A stretch of DNA of 47,553 nucleotides from a bacterium (GTDB lineage Bacteria; JADJOY01), in NCBI GenBank assembly GCA_046331705.1, contig JAXLQJ010000056.1:1-47553 (forward strand). Reading direction: 5' to 3'. Each line of letters begins with the position of its first letter. Position 1 is the stretch's first letter. Made by a program: the position numbers and the translations under genes. The notes below the pieces were generated by a model. That model ran no database searches. It saw nothing but the letters and a program-made list of their open reading frames with translations, and was not told the DNA's origin. This document shows positions 1 to 11,236 of the stretch, piece by piece.

Positions 1-1
1 C

Positions 2-259
2 GTCGGCTCGGCGTCGCAGCGCGGCGCTGCCGAGCACCAACGCGACGAGCGCAGGGACGAGTCCCGCGACGAGCAGGTAAGCGTGAAGCGTTGCCCAGAG
101 CGCCGGATCGTGCACGCCACGAGCATAGTCGGAGCCTCCGCTGAACCACCACGGAAGAAGCGTGCGACCGATGCGGAGCAGCGCCAGGGAGCCCGCGAGC
201 GCGAACCCGATGGCGTACGAGATCCTCACACCCAGGTCAGGGCGAGCCGTCGACGCCAC
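2..259 (-). CDS. hypothetical membrane protein, 3' end runs off the window
   Basis: Own translation from GTG at 259: MASTARPDLGVRISYAIGFALAGSLALLRIGRTLLPWWFSGG...LHAYLLVAGLVPALVALVLGSAALRRRAD. Open to the window edge, two hydrophobic segments, 26 nt downstream of rplQ. Confidence 0.55.
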   Translation of the reverse strand, partial: MASTARPDLGVRISYAIGFALAGSLALLRIGRTLLPWWFSGGSDYARGVHDPALWATLHAYLLVAGLVPALVALVLGSAALRRRAD

Positions 260-285
260 TGCGGTCCCGGGCTCGGCTCCGACGA

Positions 286-759
286 TCAGCTCGCGGGTGA
301 CGTCGCGGCGGTGCTCGATTCGGCAGCAGCCGTGTCCGCGACACCCTTGGGGGCTTCCTTCCGCTTCTTCTTCCGCGCGGCGATGTCCTTCCGCGTCTTC
401 TCGTTCGCGGCCAGGAACTGGATCATCGCCATCGGCGCCGCATCCCCAGGACGGGAACCGATCTTGACGATTCGCGTGTAGCCGCCGGCGCGCGTTCCAT
501 AGCGTGGCGCCAGCTCCTCGAACAGCTTCTTCGCCGTGGGACGGCCGTGGATCCAACGCATGGCCTGCCGGCGCGCGTGCAACGTGTTGGTCTTCCCCAG
601 GGTGATGAGGCGCTCGGCATACGGCCGAAGCGCCTTCGCCTTCGCCACCGTGGTGATGACGCGCTCGTTCTCGATCAACGACGTCGCGAGATTCTTGAGC
701 AACGCGCGACGATGCGCGGCGGTGCGGTTCAGTTTGACGACGGAATTACGATGACGCAT
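286..759 (-). CDS. rplQ: 50S ribosomal protein L17 (with K/A-rich C-terminal tail)
   Basis: MRHRNSVVKLNRTAAHRRALLKNLATSLI..ITTVAKAK..GGYTRIVK; follows rpoA. Confidence 0.98.
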   Translation of the reverse strand: MRHRNSVVKLNRTAAHRRALLKNLATSLIENERVITTVAKAKALRPYAERLITLGKTNTLHARRQAMRWIHGRPTAKKLFEELAPRYGTRAGGYTRIVKIGSRPGDAAPMAMIQFLAANEKTRKDIAARKKKRKEAPKGVADTAAAESSTAATSPAS

Positions 760-806
760 GGCTGCCTCGCAACGACTTTGCTCGCGGGTCTACGTGGGAA
801 GGCCGG

Positions 807-1841
807 TCAGACCCGATCCGTCGCACCCTGCTGTTCGCGCTCTCGCTTCATTCGCTCGATCTGATCGCCACTCGGAAAGCTCTCGAGGCGCATGCCGAGG
901 CTGAGCCCCATGCTCTTCAAGACCGACTTGATCTCTGCGAGCGACTTGCGTCCGAAGTTCTTGGTACGAAGCATCTCTTCTTCGGTGCGCTGCACGAGAT
1001 CGCCAACGTAGCGGATGTTGTCGTTCTTGAGGCAGTTGGCGGAACGCGCCGAGAGCTCGAGCTCGTCGACCGAACGGAACAGATGCTCGTTGAACTCCGT
1101 GAGCACCTGGGTGGTCGCCTCCTGCGGCTCCTCGGACTCCTCGAAGTTGATGAAGATCGCAAGCTGGGACTGGAAGATCTTCGCTGCGTACGCAACCGCG
1201 TCCTCCGGGCGGATGCTGCCGTCCGTCCAGACCTCGAGGATCAGCCGGTTGTAGTCCGTGCGCTGGCCGACGCGTGCGTTCGTGACGGTGTAGTTGACTC
1301 GCCGGATCGGCGAGAAGATCGCGTCGATCGGAATGTACCCGATGGGGCGATCCTCGTCGGCGGCACCGCGCTCCGCCGGGACGTATCCGCGGCCCACGTC
1401 GATCGTGAGATCCATGCGAAGCCGGCCGTCCTCGGACAGCGTGGCGATGTGTGCCTCCGGGTTCAGGATCTCGACGTTGTGGTCGACCTGGATCTGCCCG
1501 GCGGTGACACGCCCCGGTCCCCGGACGTCGATCTTCCCGTGTCGCGGGCCATCGCCGTCCACCGAGAGACGCACTTCCTTCAGATTGAGCACGACGTCCG
1601 TCACGTCCTCGACCACCCCGAAGATCGTCGAGAACTCGTGGTCGACTCCCTCGATCTGCGCGCCGGTGATGGCGGCGCCTTGCAGCGACGAGAGCAAGAT
1701 GCGCCGCAGACCGTTGCCCAGCGTGATGCCGAAGCCACGCTCGAGCGGCGCCGCGTAGAACTTGCCGTACGTCGACGTCAGCGTGTCCGCGTCGTGCTCG
1801 AGCCGCTTCGGTCGAATCAGATCCTTCCAAGGTGCGTTCAT
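807..1841 (-). CDS. rpoA: RNA polymerase alpha subunit
   Basis: [54 protein letters not shown]. Confidence 0.99.
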   Translation of the reverse strand: MNAPWKDLIRPKRLEHDADTLTSTYGKFYAAPLERGFGITLGNGLRRILLSSLQGAAITGAQIEGVDHEFSTIFGVVEDVTDVVLNLKEVRLSVDGDGPRHGKIDVRGPGRVTAGQIQVDHNVEILNPEAHIATLSEDGRLRMDLTIDVGRGYVPAERGAADEDRPIGYIPIDAIFSPIRRVNYTVTNARVGQRTDYNRLILEVWTDGSIRPEDAVAYAAKIFQSQLAIFINFEESEEPQEATTQVLTEFNEHLFRSVDELELSARSANCLKNDNIRYVGDLVQRTEEEMLRTKNFGRKSLAEIKSVLKSMGLSLGMRLESFPSGDQIERMKREREQQGATDRV

Positions 1842-1890
1842 TCGTCCTCCCCCTCCTCGTGCGCTGATCTCCGCGAACGGCGGAGGGTCG

Positions 1891-2520
1891 TCACTTGCTG
1901 TAGAGCTCGACTACGAGACGTTCGTGGATCTCGGGCGTCGTCAGGTCGTCACGCTTCGGCATCTCCCTGACCTTGCCTCGAAACTGGTCGCGGTCCAGCT
2001 CCAGCCACGACGGCACGCCACGGCGCACGACGCTCTCGAGCGCCGACTGAACGCGTGTGAGCTTTCGACTGCCAGTGCGCACCTCGATCACGTCGCCGGC
2101 GCGCGTCAGATACGAGGGGATGTTCACCTTGCGGCCGTTGATCGCGACGTGTCCGTGCCGCACCAGCTGGCGAGCCTCGTTGCGCGAGCTGGCGAATCCC
2201 AGCCGGTACGCCACGTTGTCGAGGCGTCGCTCGAGTAGCTGCAACAGATTCTCGCCGGTGATCCCCTTCATCCGGTCGGCGCGATAGAAGTACGAGCGGA
2301 ACTGCTCCTCCATCAGCCCGTAGACGCGCTTGACCTTCTGCTTCTCACGAAGCTGGACACCATATTCGGAGAACTTCGGTCGCAGCTGCCCATGCTGCCC
2401 AGGGGGGTAGTTGCGTCGATCGATCGCGCACTTCTCGCTGTAGCAGCGGTCGCCCTTCAGAAACAAGCGCGCATTCTCCCGGCGACAAAGCCGGCACACG
2501 GATCCACGATAGCGAGCCAA
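1891..2520 (-). CDS. rpsD: 30S ribosomal protein S4 (Cys/zinc-type N-terminus, TTG start)
   Basis: [40 protein letters not shown]. Confidence 0.99.
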   Translation of the reverse strand: MARYRGSVCRLCRRENARLFLKGDRCYSEKCAIDRRNYPPGQHGQLRPKFSEYGVQLREKQKVKRVYGLMEEQFRSYFYRADRMKGITGENLLQLLERRLDNVAYRLGFASSRNEARQLVRHGHVAINGRKVNIPSYLTRAGDVIEVRTGSRKLTRVQSALESVVRRGVPSWLELDRDQFRGKVREMPKRDDLTTPEIHERLVVELYSK

Positions 2521-2541
2521 AGCGAACCTCCTCCTTCGACG

Positions 2542-2943
2542 TCAGACCCGTCGGCGCTTCGGCTGACGGCAACCGTTGTGGGGAATCGGGGTGACGTCCT
2601 TGATCATCGTCACTCCCACGCCCGTCGTCTGGATCGCGCGCAGCGCCGCCTCGCGTCCCGCGCCCGGCCCCTGGACTCGGATCTGCACGGTCTTGAGTCC
2701 CTGATCCTGAGCCTTCCGGATCGCTTCCTTACAAGCGAGCTGGGCGGCAAACGGCGTGCTCTTGCGCGAGCCCTTGAAGCCTTCCGTTCCGGCACTCGCC
2801 CACGAAACGACGTTTCCCGTCGGATCGGTGACCGTGACGATCGTGTTGTTGAAGGTCGATCGGATGTGAACCACCCCGATCGGCACCACCTTGCGGACCT
2901 TCTTCTTCTTCGATCCGGCAGCTTTCCCTGCAGTCGTAGCCAC
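2542..2943 (-). CDS. rpsK: 30S ribosomal protein S11
   Basis: [34 protein letters not shown]. Confidence 0.99.
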   Translation of the reverse strand: MATTAGKAAGSKKKKVRKVVPIGVVHIRSTFNNTIVTVTDPTGNVVSWASAGTEGFKGSRKSTPFAAQLACKEAIRKAQDQGLKTVQIRVQGPGAGREAALRAIQTTGVGVTMIKDVTPIPHNGCRQPKRRRV

Positions 2944-2994
2944 TGGTCATCTCTCCCTGTCGTGCGCTTGCTCGTGGGCGCCCGCCGATTCGCT

Positions 2995-3366
2995 TCAGCG
3001 CGGCTTCGGTCCTGTGCTCCCGCGACGCGGGCCCTTCCTCGTTCGCGAGTTGGTGCGCGTGCGCTGCCCGCGCACCGGCAGCCCCTTGCGGTGCCGCAGG
3101 CCTCGGTAACACCCCAGATCCATCAGCCGCTTGATGTTCATCGAGACCTCGCGTCGCAGGTCGCCCTCGACCTGGTAGCGGGTGTCGATGATGCGGCGAA
3201 TGCGGACGAGATCGTCGTCCGTGAGGTCGTCGGACTTCTTGTCGAGCTCGACCTCGGCGCCCTCGAGGATCTTGCGAGCTCGGGACCGACCAATGCCGAA
3301 GATGTAGGTGAGTGCAATCTCGATGCGCTTGTTGCGCGGGAGATCGACGCCAGCGATTCGCGCCAA
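2995..3366 (-). CDS. rpsM: 30S ribosomal protein S13 (TTG start)
   Basis: [36 protein letters not shown]. Confidence 0.99.
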   Translation of the reverse strand: MARIAGVDLPRNKRIEIALTYIFGIGRSRARKILEGAEVELDKKSDDLTDDDLVRIRRIIDTRYQVEGDLRREVSMNIKRLMDLGCYRGLRHRKGLPVRGQRTRTNSRTRKGPRRGSTGPKPR

Positions 3367-3379
3367 GTCTAGGCCCTCC

Positions 3380-3493
3380 TCATCCCTGGCGCTGCTTGTG
3401 CCGAGGGTTTTCGCAGATCACTCGGACGACTCCCTTGCGCCGAAGGACCTTGCATTTTGCACAGATCTTTTTGACCGAAGCTCGTACCTTCAT
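3380..3493 (-). CDS. rpmJ: 50S ribosomal protein L36 (zinc-ribbon form, 37 aa; not in ORF track)
   Basis: Own translation: [37 protein letters not shown]; canonical position before rpsM. Confidence 0.98.
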   Translation of the reverse strand: MKVRASVKKICAKCKVLRRKGVVRVICENPRHKQRQG

Positions 3494-3535
3494 GTCGCTC
3501 TCTCGTCGTTGCCCGCAATTGGCCAAGCGGCCGAT

Positions 3536-4216
3536 TCATCCAATGGTCTTCGTCACGGAATCCTGATGCTCGAGCCGCCCGAGACGCGAGGTGAGCTGAT
3601 CGAACACTTGGTCAGCGGTCCCGTCGGCGCGAATTCGCTCGAGTGCTCCGGCCCGCTGGTAGTGATCGGTCAATGGCTCGGTCTGCGCCTTGTACACCGC
3701 CAGCCGCGCTCGTATCGTGTCCTCGCGGTCGTCCGTTCGTTGAATGAGATCCGCGCCACAGCGCGTACACTTCCCGCCCAACCCCAAACCCGTGTCGACG
3801 TGATACGGCTTGCCGCAAGAACCGCACACCCGCCGGCCACCCAACCGCCTCACCACCACCTCGTCATCCACATCCAGGAGCAAGCAGCGATCGACTGCAC
3901 CGTGCGGGCTCGCGGCCAACATCCGATCCAGTGTCTCCGCTTGCCCGACCGTCCTCGGAAATCCATCCAGGATGAAGCCTCTCGCGCAGTCCGGCTGATT
4001 CAAGCGCTCTGCAACCAGGCCGACCACCACTTCGTCGGGAACGAGCTCGCCTCGATCCAGGTATGGCTTGGCGCTCGCACCCAACGCCGAGCCCGAATCG
4101 ACCGCTGCGCGCAGAATGTCGCCCGTCGCCACCCTCGGCACGCCCAGCGCTGCGGCGAGCCGTTCGCCCTGGGTGCCCTTTCCGGCGCCTGGCGGGCCAA
4201 CCAAGATCAGCTTCAT
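3536..4216 (-). CDS. adk: adenylate kinase with Cys4 zinc LID (start ATG 4216, or GTG 4237 overlapping secY)
   Basis: GPPGAGKGTQ P-loop, GFILDGFPRT, LID CGSC-x15-CTRC, QRTDD. Confidence 0.98.
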   Translation of the reverse strand: MKLILVGPPGAGKGTQGERLAAALGVPRVATGDILRAAVDSGSALGASAKPYLDRGELVPDEVVVGLVAERLNQPDCARGFILDGFPRTVGQAETLDRMLAASPHGAVDRCLLLDVDDEVVVRRLGGRRVCGSCGKPYHVDTGLGLGGKCTRCGADLIQRTDDREDTIRARLAVYKAQTEPLTDHYQRAGALERIRADGTADQVFDQLTSRLGRLEHQDSVTKTIG

Positions 4217-4233
4217 GCGTCTCGTTCCCTGAC

Positions 4234-5574
4234 TCACCTCCGACCGCGGAAACGACCCCCGCCGCCGGCACCCGACAGGAATCCATCGTAACTACGCGTG
4301 ATCAAGTGAGTCTCTACCTGCGCCAGCGTGTCCATTCCTACCCCGACCACGATGAGCAGTGATGTGCCGCCAAAACCGAAGGGAACGTGAAAGTAGCCGT
4401 ACAGGATCGACGGCAGCACGCAGATCGCGGCCAGGTAAAGGCCACCCACGAGCGTCAGCCGTCCCAGCACACGGTTCAGGTACTCGGCCGTCTTCTTACC
4501 CGGGCGAATCCCGGGAATGTAACCGCCGTAGCGCCGCATGTCATCTGCCACCTTGTCCGGATCGAACTGGATGGCGGCGTAGAAGTACGCGAAGAAGATG
4601 ATCAGGACGACGTAGGCGACGTTGTAGATCCAGCCCTGCCGGTTCATGTTGTTGACGAACCATTCCAGGGAGGGGTGATCGGCGACGAATTCCTTGGGAA
4701 TGAACTGCAGCATCGTCACCGGGAACATGAGCAAGCTGGAGGCGAAGATCGGCGGGATCACGCCGGTCACGTTGAGCTTGAGCGGCAGGTACGTGGATTG
4801 TGCTCCGTACATCTTGCGACCGACGACGCGCTTCGCGTAATGGACCGGTACCCGTCGGTGGGCCCGCTCGAAGTAGACGATCAGCCCCACGACCACGACC
4901 ATGAACGCGAGCAGGATGATGACGCCGAACAAGGGCAGCTCGCGCGTCTCCATCAGTGCAACGATGTTCCCGAGGGCCTGCGGTAGCCGAGCGACGATAC
5001 CGGCGTAGATGACCAGTGAGATGCCGTTCCCGATCCCGCGCTCCGTGATCTGCTCGCCGAGCCACATCAGGAAGACCGTGCCCGAGCACAGCGTGATCAT
5101 CGTGATCAGCTTGAAACCGATCCCCGGGTGAAGCACCACCGAGCCGAGACCACCTTCACCCTGAATGCTCTGGATCCACGCAGAGATCCCGAAAGCCTGG
5201 ACCATGCTGAGCGGGACGGTGGCGTAGCGCGTGTACTGATTGATGCGCCGCCGCCCCGCCTCGCCCTCCTTCTGCACCTTCTCCAAGCTCGGAATCACGA
5301 CCGTCAGCAGCTGCAGGATGATCGACGCGCTGATGTACGGCATGATGCCCAGCGCAAAAACCGAAAAGCGCTCGAGCGCTCCGCCCGTGAAGAGATTGAA
5401 CAGGCCGAAGACGTTCGTCTCCTGGCTCTGGAAGAACCGCTCGAGCTCCGGCCCATTGATTCCGGGCACGGGGACGTGCACCCCGAACCGATAGACCGCG
5501 AGCAAGACGACGGTCCACCAGAGCCGCCGCTTGAGCTCTGGAATCTTGGGGATGTTCTCGATGCCGCTCAGCAC
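4234..5574 (-). CDS. secY: preprotein translocase subunit SecY (GTG start at 5574 preferred)
   Basis: FALGIMPYISASII; WLGEQITERGIGNGISL; IPGIRPG; FGGTSLLIVVGV. Confidence 0.99.
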   Translation of the reverse strand: MLSGIENIPKIPELKRRLWWTVVLLAVYRFGVHVPVPGINGPELERFFQSQETNVFGLFNLFTGGALERFSVFALGIMPYISASIILQLLTVVIPSLEKVQKEGEAGRRRINQYTRYATVPLSMVQAFGISAWIQSIQGEGGLGSVVLHPGIGFKLITMITLCSGTVFLMWLGEQITERGIGNGISLVIYAGIVARLPQALGNIVALMETRELPLFGVIILLAFMVVVVGLIVYFERAHRRVPVHYAKRVVGRKMYGAQSTYLPLKLNVTGVIPPIFASSLLMFPVTMLQFIPKEFVADHPSLEWFVNNMNRQGWIYNVAYVVLIIFFAYFYAAIQFDPDKVADDMRRYGGYIPGIRPGKKTAEYLNRVLGRLTLVGGLYLAAICVLPSILYGYFHVPFGFGGTSLLIVVGVGMDTLAQVETHLITRSYDGFLSGAGGGGRFRGRR

Positions 5575-5581
5575 GTCCGAC

Positions 5582-6037
5582 TCACTCGACGATCTCGACC
5601 GTGCCGCCGGCCGCTTCGATCTTCGCCCGCGCCGCCGGGCTGACGGCCGCGACTCTGACGGTGAGCGGACGGTCCACGTCGCCATCCGCCAACACCTTCA
5701 CGCCGTGCAGCGCTTTCGGGATCCGCCCGATCGCCAGCAAACCGGCTGCGTCGACGACGGAGAGCGGCTCGAAGAGACCGAGGTCCCGAACGTTGATGAC
5801 GGCGTAACGAACCCGCGATGGGCTACGAAAGCCACGCTTCGGGATTCGGCGGCTCAACGCCATCTGACCGCCCTCGAAGCTCCGCGGAATGTGGCCCGCG
5901 CCGGACCGTGCCTTCTGGCCCTTGTGTCCCTTACCGGCAGTTCCGCCCGTGCCGGAACCCGAGCCACGCCCCACCCGATGGCGATTGCGCCGTGCGCCAC
6001 GCGCCGGCTTCAGTGATTTCAGCGAAGTGCCCATCAC
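5582..6037 (-). CDS. rplO: 50S ribosomal protein L15
   Basis: RVGRGSGSG..GKGHKGQKARSG..FEGGQ..RRIPKRGF..KIEAAGG. Confidence 0.98.
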   Translation of the reverse strand: MMGTSLKSLKPARGARRNRHRVGRGSGSGTGGTAGKGHKGQKARSGAGHIPRSFEGGQMALSRRIPKRGFRSPSRVRYAVINVRDLGLFEPLSVVDAAGLLAIGRIPKALHGVKVLADGDVDRPLTVRVAAVSPAARAKIEAAGGTVEIVE

Positions 6038-6068
6038 GCCCCTCTCCAGACTACGCTTCCGTCAGTGG

Positions 6069-6275
6069 TCAGCCAGCGGCGCCGGCCGAGCTCGTTTCCT
6101 CGACCGAAACGAGATGGATCACCTTCTTGACCATCCCACGAAACGAGGGAGTGTTCGGGCGAATGACCGGTCGACCCACTCGCTTCAACCCGAGGCCAAC
6201 GAGGGTCTCCCGCTGGGTCTTCGGGGTGCCGATCGGGCTGCGCACCAGTGTGATTCGAAGATGGGATTCACTCAT
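6069..6275 (-). CDS. rpmD: 50S ribosomal protein L30
   Basis: LRITLVRSPIG..LGLKR..PSFRGMVKKVIHLV; lies between rpsE and rplO. Confidence 0.96.
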   Translation of the reverse strand: MSESHLRITLVRSPIGTPKTQRETLVGLGLKRVGRPVIRPNTPSFRGMVKKVIHLVSVEETSSAGAAG

Positions 6276-6286
6276 CGTCGCAGACC

Positions 6287-6802
6287 TCAACGCTGTTGAT
6301 ACGGCAGGTCGGCCAACCGGCGCCCGCGCTTACGCGCCACCTCTTCCGGATCGCGGAGCTGCTTCAGCGCTTCGAACGTCGCATGAATCACGTTGTTCGG
6401 GTTGTTCGTTCCAATGCACTTGGTGAGAATGTTCTCGATTCCCGCCGAGTCGAGGACCGCGCGCATGGGTCCGCCCGCGATGACGCCCGTACCCTGCGAG
6501 GCCGGCTTGAGCAACACGCGCCCGGCACCGGCACGCCCCTTCACCTCGTACGGAATCGTCCCCTTCACGATGGGCACACGCACCATCGACGCGCGGGCCT
6601 TCTCGATTCCCTTGCGGATAGCCTCAGGCACCTCTCGCGCCTTGCCGAGGGCAAACCCAACCTTGCCCTGCTTGTCGCCCACGACCACGAGCGCACTGAA
6701 CGAGAAGCGCCGGCCACCCTTGACCACCTTCGCGACGCGGTTGACGTAGACGACCTTGTCGACCAGCCGACTGTCGTCGGAAACGAACTCACGCACGCCC
6801 AT
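6287..6802 (-). CDS. rpsE: 30S ribosomal protein S5
   Basis: [31 protein letters not shown]. Confidence 0.99.
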   Translation of the reverse strand: MGVREFVSDDSRLVDKVVYVNRVAKVVKGGRRFSFSALVVVGDKQGKVGFALGKAREVPEAIRKGIEKARASMVRVPIVKGTIPYEVKGRAGAGRVLLKPASQGTGVIAGGPMRAVLDSAGIENILTKCIGTNNPNNVIHATFEALKQLRDPEEVARKRGRRLADLPYQQR

Positions 6803-6811
6803 CCTCCGATC

Positions 6812-7177
6812 TCAGAATGCAAGGCCTGCTTTTCGGGCCCCGTCGGCGACCGCCTGGATGCGGCCGTGGTACAGGAATCCGTTTCGATCGAACACCACCG
6901 CGCTGATCTCGCGGGCGAGTGCCCGCGCCGCCACCAGCTCGCCCACCTTGGCCGCAGCTTCCTTACCCCAGGGCTTCACGCCCGCGCCGCGAATCTCCGG
7001 GCTCAGCGACGACGCCGCCACCAGCGTCGTGCCCGTCACGTCGTCGATCACCTGCGCGTAGATGTGCTTCTCGCTGCGGTAGACGCTGAGGCGCGGGCGA
7101 CCGCTCGCGCCGCGCACCTTGCGGCGCACGCGATCACGGCGCCGACTCCAGCCAAGCTTCTTCCGATTCGTGTTCAT
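6812..7177 (-). CDS. rplR: 50S ribosomal protein L18
   Basis: [35 protein letters not shown] 7177 preferred over upstream GTG 7195. Confidence 0.98.
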   Translation of the reverse strand: MNTNRKKLGWSRRRDRVRRKVRGASGRPRLSVYRSEKHIYAQVIDDVTGTTLVAASSLSPEIRGAGVKPWGKEAAAKVGELVAARALAREISAVVFDRNGFLYHGRIQAVADGARKAGLAF

Positions 7178-7191
7178 CACGGACCTCAGGG

Positions 7192-7737
7192 TCACTTCAA
7201 TCCGGTCTTGCCGACCTTCAGCTTGATGACCTCGCCCTCGTTCCGAACACCCTTGCCCTTGTACGGCTCGGGCGGACGCAGGGCACGCAGCTTTGCGACG
7301 GTCTGGCCGATCACCGCCTTGTCCACACCTTCGAGGCTGATCTTCACGGGACGATCGGTCACCTTGGCCGAGACTCCTTCCGGCAGGGGAAACACGATCG
7401 GGTGCGAATAGCCAAGCGCAAGCACCAGGTCTCGACCCTTGAGCTCGGCACGGTAGCCCACCCCGACGATCTCGAGGTTCCGCTGGAAGCCCTTGGACAG
7501 CCCCTCCACCGAGTTGGCGAGCAGGCTACGCATCAAGCCGTGCGTCGCGCGGGCCTGCCGCCCCGCGGCCGCGTCGCTGCGCAACGCGAGGGCGCCGTTG
7601 GAAACGGAGGCCTCGAGTCCGGCCGGCAGCACGCGCTCGACCGAGCCCTTGGAACTCTTGAGCCGCACCGTGTTGCCGTCGACCGTCGCCGACACACCGC
7701 TCGGGAGGGGGATGACTTGCTTACCGATCCGCGACAT
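7192..7737 (-). CDS. rplF: 50S ribosomal protein L6
   Basis: [28 protein letters not shown]. Confidence 0.99.
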   Translation of the reverse strand: MSRIGKQVIPLPSGVSATVDGNTVRLKSSKGSVERVLPAGLEASVSNGALALRSDAAAGRQARATHGLMRSLLANSVEGLSKGFQRNLEIVGVGYRAELKGRDLVLALGYSHPIVFPLPEGVSAKVTDRPVKISLEGVDKAVIGQTVAKLRALRPPEPYKGKGVRNEGEVIKLKVGKTGLK

Positions 7738-7747
7738 GAACCGCTCC

Positions 7748-8146
7748 TCACCACACCGTGCAGATCAGCTCGCCACCGACGCCGGCCTTGCGCGCCTGCT
7801 GATCCGTGAGCACGCCCTTGGACGTCGACAAGATGGCGATGCCGAGGCCGCCCATGACGAACGGGATCTCGTCCTTGGCCACGTAGCGCCGGATGCTCGG
7901 ACGGCTCTCGCGACGCATGCCGACGATCGCCGGACGCCGCGGCCCCTCGTATCGCAGCTTGATCACGAGCGCACCCTGTGGACCTTCGTCCTTCCACTCC
8001 ACCGACTCGACATAGCCCTCGTCCCGCAGAATCTCGGCCACGCGGCGCTTCAGCGTGGAGCCGGGGATCGTCAGCGTCGCGTGCCGTGCGCGCGCGGCGT
8101 TGCGAATGCGGGCAAGCATGTCGCCAACCGGATCGGTCAAGCTCAT
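7748..8146 (-). CDS. rpsH: 30S ribosomal protein S8
   Basis: [35 protein letters not shown]. Confidence 0.99.
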   Translation of the reverse strand: MSLTDPVGDMLARIRNAARARHATLTIPGSTLKRRVAEILRDEGYVESVEWKDEGPQGALVIKLRYEGPRRPAIVGMRRESRPSIRRYVAKDEIPFVMGGLGIAILSTSKGVLTDQQARKAGVGGELICTVW

Positions 8147-8167
8147 CGTTTCATTCCTCCGGACGGC

Positions 8168-8353
8168 TCACCAGCTCGACTTGATCACGCCCGGGATCTC
8201 GCCCTGGAGCGCTCGCTTGCGGAAGCAGATTCGGCACATGTCGAACTTGCGATAGTACCCTCGTGCGCGGCCGCAGATCGCACAGCGATGGTAAGCCCGC
8301 ACCTTGAACTTCGGCTTGCGGCGGGCCTTGAGAATCATCGATTTCTTTGCCAC
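8168..8353 (-). CDS. rpsN: 30S ribosomal protein S14 type Z (zinc-binding, 61 aa)
   Basis: [28 protein letters not shown]. Confidence 0.98.
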   Translation of the reverse strand: MAKKSMILKARRKPKFKVRAYHRCAICGRARGYYRKFDMCRICFRKRALQGEIPGVIKSSW

Positions 8354-8356
8354 GCG

Positions 8357-8956
8357 TCACTCCCCTGCCGGGCGCGGACCCGTCCGTCGAAACGGCATCC
8401 CGAATTCGGCCAGCAACGCACGAGCCTCGTCATCGGTCTTGGCCGTGGTCACGATCGTACAGTTCAGCCCGCGAACACGATCCAGCTTGTCGTAGTCGAT
8501 CTCTGGAAAGATGATCTGTTCCTTGAGTCCGAGCGTGTAGTTGCCACGCCCGTCGAATCCCTTGGGCGACACGCCCTTGAAATCCTTGAGACGCGGAAGC
8601 GCGAGATTCACGAGTCGGTCCAGAAACTCGTACATCCGATCGCCTCGAAGCGTGACCATCGCGCCGATCGGCATGCCCTCGCGAAGCTTGAAGTTCGACA
8701 CCGAACGTCGGGCGCGCGTCACGACAGCCTTCTGGCCGGCGATGATCGTGAGCTGCTCGGCAGCCGCGTCGACGACCTTCGAGTTCTGGATCGCCTCACC
8801 CAGCCCCATGTTGAGCACGATCTTCGTGATACGCGGGGTCTGGAGGCGGTTCCCGTAGCCAAACCTCTCGCGGAGACGAGGCACGACCTCGTCGACGTAC
8901 CGCACCCTCAGCCGCGCCGTGTAGCGCGCGCTTCCTTGAGCCTGCTCAGCCGGCAT
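8357..8956 (-). CDS. rplE: 50S ribosomal protein L5
   Basis: [34 protein letters not shown]. Confidence 0.99.
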   Translation of the reverse strand: MPAEQAQGSARYTARLRVRYVDEVVPRLRERFGYGNRLQTPRITKIVLNMGLGEAIQNSKVVDAAAEQLTIIAGQKAVVTRARRSVSNFKLREGMPIGAMVTLRGDRMYEFLDRLVNLALPRLKDFKGVSPKGFDGRGNYTLGLKEQIIFPEIDYDKLDRVRGLNCTIVTTAKTDDEARALLAEFGMPFRRTGPRPAGE

Positions 8957-9278
8957 CGATCGCCTCCCCGCAGGACTTGCACACGCGAGTGGCGCCTCCG
9001 CCCACCTCGCGCTTGCGCCCGATCCGGGTCGCCTTGCTGCAGCGCGGACACACGACGCGCGCGTTGGAGACGTGCAGCGGCATCTCCTTCTCGACGATGC
9101 CGCCCTGCCGGGCCTTCTGGCTCGGGCGCGTGTGCCGCTTCGCGAAGTTCACGCCTTCGACGACCACGCGGTCCTTCTTCGCCAGCACGCGCAACACCTT
9201 CCCGCGCTTGCCGCGATCCTTTCCGGCGCCGACCTCGACGGTGTCGCCTTTCCGAACGCTGTACGTGTCGTGCTTCAT
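8946..9278 (-). CDS. rplX: 50S ribosomal protein L24 (real start ATG 9278, inside a longer ORF)
   Basis: [40 protein letters not shown]. Confidence 0.97.
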   Translation of the reverse strand: MKHDTYSVRKGDTVEVGAGKDRGKRGKVLRVLAKKDRVVVEGVNFAKRHTRPSQKARQGGIVEKEMPLHVSNARVVCPRCSKATRIGRKREVGGGATRVCKSCGEAIDAG

Positions 9279-9286
9279 GCCGAGCC

Positions 9287-9655
9287 TCAGAGCACTTCCG
9301 GTGCGAGCGAGATGATTTTCGTGAAGTTCTTCGCACGCAACTCGCGTGCGACGGGCCCGAAGATACGAGTGCCGATGGGCTCGCGCTGCGGCGTGATCAG
9401 CACCACGGAATTCGTATCGAAGCGGATGTACGATCCATCGGGACGGCCCACCTCTTTGGCGGTTCGAACGATGACCGCGTGGTGGACCTCGCCCTTCTTC
9501 GCCTTCGACCGAGGCAGCGCCTCTTTCACCGATACGACGATGACGTCGCCAACGGAGGCGTAACGTCGCCTCGTACCGCCCAACAGCTGGATGCACTCGA
9601 CGCGCTTCGCGCCCGAGTTGTCGGCGACATCCAGCCAGGTTTCGACCTGAATCAT
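9287..9655 (-). CDS. rplN: 50S ribosomal protein L14
   Basis: [32 protein letters not shown]. Confidence 0.99.
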   Translation of the reverse strand: MIQVETWLDVADNSGAKRVECIQLLGGTRRRYASVGDVIVVSVKEALPRSKAKKGEVHHAVIVRTAKEVGRPDGSYIRFDTNSVVLITPQREPIGTRIFGPVARELRAKNFTKIISLAPEVL

Positions 9656-9664
9656 GACGATCCC

Positions 9665-9928
9665 TCAGTTCGCGTGCGACAGAACCTTGCGTACCCGCCA
9701 GCTCTTTCGCTTGCTGAGGGGACGACATTCCACGATTTCCACCGTGTCGCCAACCTTGCACTCGTTGCGCTCGTCGTGCGCCATGTACCGGCGATGACGT
9801 CGCAGCACCTTCTTGTAGAGCGGATGCGGAGCTCGCCGGGTCACACGGACCACGATCGTCTTGTCCATCGTATCGCTCACGACGACACCCACGTGTCGCT
9901 TGCGAATCGAGCGCGATTGCGCGTTCAT
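9665..9928 (-). CDS. rpsQ: 30S ribosomal protein S17
   Basis: [35 protein letters not shown]. Confidence 0.98.
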   Translation of the reverse strand: MNAQSRSIRKRHVGVVVSDTMDKTIVVRVTRRAPHPLYKKVLRRHRRYMAHDERNECKVGDTVEIVECRPLSKRKSWRVRKVLSHAN

Positions 9929-10119
9929 CGACCCTCACCCCGCTGCTTCAACACCGTCTGGACACGCGCGATGTCGCGCCGCACTTCGCGCAGCCGCGCG
10001 CTGTTGCGTAGCTGCCCCGTGGCGTGCTGGAGGCGCAGATGGAACAGATCCTCGCGCAGCTCCCGCTCCCGCCCCTTGAGCTCCTCTGCAGCCATGCCCT
10101 TGAACTCTTCCAGGCTCAC
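9925..10119 (-). CDS. rpmC: 50S ribosomal protein L29 (GTG start overlapping rplP stop)
   Basis: [30 protein letters not shown]. Confidence 0.96.
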   Translation of the reverse strand: MSLEEFKGMAAEELKGRERELREDLFHLRLQHATGQLRNSARLREVRRDIARVQTVLKQRGEGR

Positions 10120-10532
10120 AGGCCTTCCTCCCGAACCACTGCACGTGTCTTGATGGGGAGCTTGTGTCCCGCGATCCGCATCGCCTCGAGCGCATCCGCG
10201 CGCGCCACTCCCTCGATCTCGTAGAGAATTCGACCAGGTAGCACGACCGCAACCCAATCCTCGGGATTGCCCTTGCCCTTACCCATGCGGGTTTCGAGCG
10301 GCTTCTTCGTGATCGGCTTGTCCGGAAAGATTCGAATCCAAACCTTTCCGTGTCGCTTCACGTGGCGGGTGATCGCGATACGCGCCGCCTCGATCTGGCG
10401 TGCCGTGAGCCATCCGGGCTCCATCGCCTGGAGCCCGAACTCACCGAGCGACAGCCGCGAGCCGCGATAGGCCTTGCCCGCAAGCCGCCCCTTCTGAAGC
10501 TTTCGAAACTTTGTACGTGCCGGCTGAAGCAT
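10116..10532 (-). CDS. rplP: 50S ribosomal protein L16
   Basis: [32 protein letters not shown]. Confidence 0.99.
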   Translation of the reverse strand: MLQPARTKFRKLQKGRLAGKAYRGSRLSLGEFGLQAMEPGWLTARQIEAARIAITRHVKRHGKVWIRIFPDKPITKKPLETRMGKGKGNPEDWVAVVLPGRILYEIEGVARADALEAMRIAGHKLPIKTRAVVREEGL

Positions 10533-10571
10533 GCGCCCGTTCCCTCGCTCCCGTTACCGTCGACCAATCCG

Positions 10572-11222
10572 TCAGATCAGCTTGCCCGGCGCGTTTCGAT
10601 CCAGCTGCTCGCCCAAGAAGATCCAGCACTTCACGCCGATCGTTCCGTAGGTCGTCTTCGCCGTTGCCTGGCCGAAGTCGATGCGCGCGCGCAGCGTGTG
10701 CAGGGGAACGCGCCCCTCGCGGTACCACTCCATTCGGGACATCTCGCTGCCGCCGAGGCGCCCGCCGCACTGGATTTTGACGCCCAGCGCCCCTAGCTTC
10801 ATGGATGTCGTCACCGCTCGCTTCATCGCGCGCCGGAACGCGACGCGTCGCTCGAGCTGTACGGCTACGTTCTCGGCCACCAGCTGCGCGTCGGTCTCGG
10901 CCTTGCGCACCTCGTGGATGTTCAGGTGGATCTCCTTGTCCGTCAGTCGCTGCAGATCCGCCTTGATCTTCTCGACCTCGGCGCCCTTCTTTCCGATCAC
11001 GATGCCGGGTCGCGAGGTGTGGATGTTGACGCGAACCTGGTTCGCTTTGCGCTCGATCTCGACCCGACTCAGGCCGGCATGATGTAGACGGCTCTTGAGG
11101 TGCTCACGAATGCGGATGTCTTCGTGCAACCACTTCGTGAAGTTGGGCTTCGCGTACCACTTCGAATCCCACGTCTCGATCACACCGAGCCGAAACCCAC
11201 GCGGATGAACTTTCTGGCCCAA
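10572..11222 (-). CDS. rpsC: 30S ribosomal protein S3 (TTG start)
   Basis: [33 protein letters not shown]. Confidence 0.99.
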   Translation of the reverse strand: MGQKVHPRGFRLGVIETWDSKWYAKPNFTKWLHEDIRIREHLKSRLHHAGLSRVEIERKANQVRVNIHTSRPGIVIGKKGAEVEKIKADLQRLTDKEIHLNIHEVRKAETDAQLVAENVAVQLERRVAFRRAMKRAVTTSMKLGALGVKIQCGGRLGGSEMSRMEWYREGRVPLHTLRARIDFGQATAKTTYGTIGVKCWIFLGEQLDRNAPGKLI

Positions 11223-11236
11223 GGCTCACTCCCCTC

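Noticed and set aside
7493-10153. 886-aa plus-strand ORF
   Set aside because: Antisense shadow of the ribosomal-protein genes caused by high-GC codon bias; no recognisable motifs.
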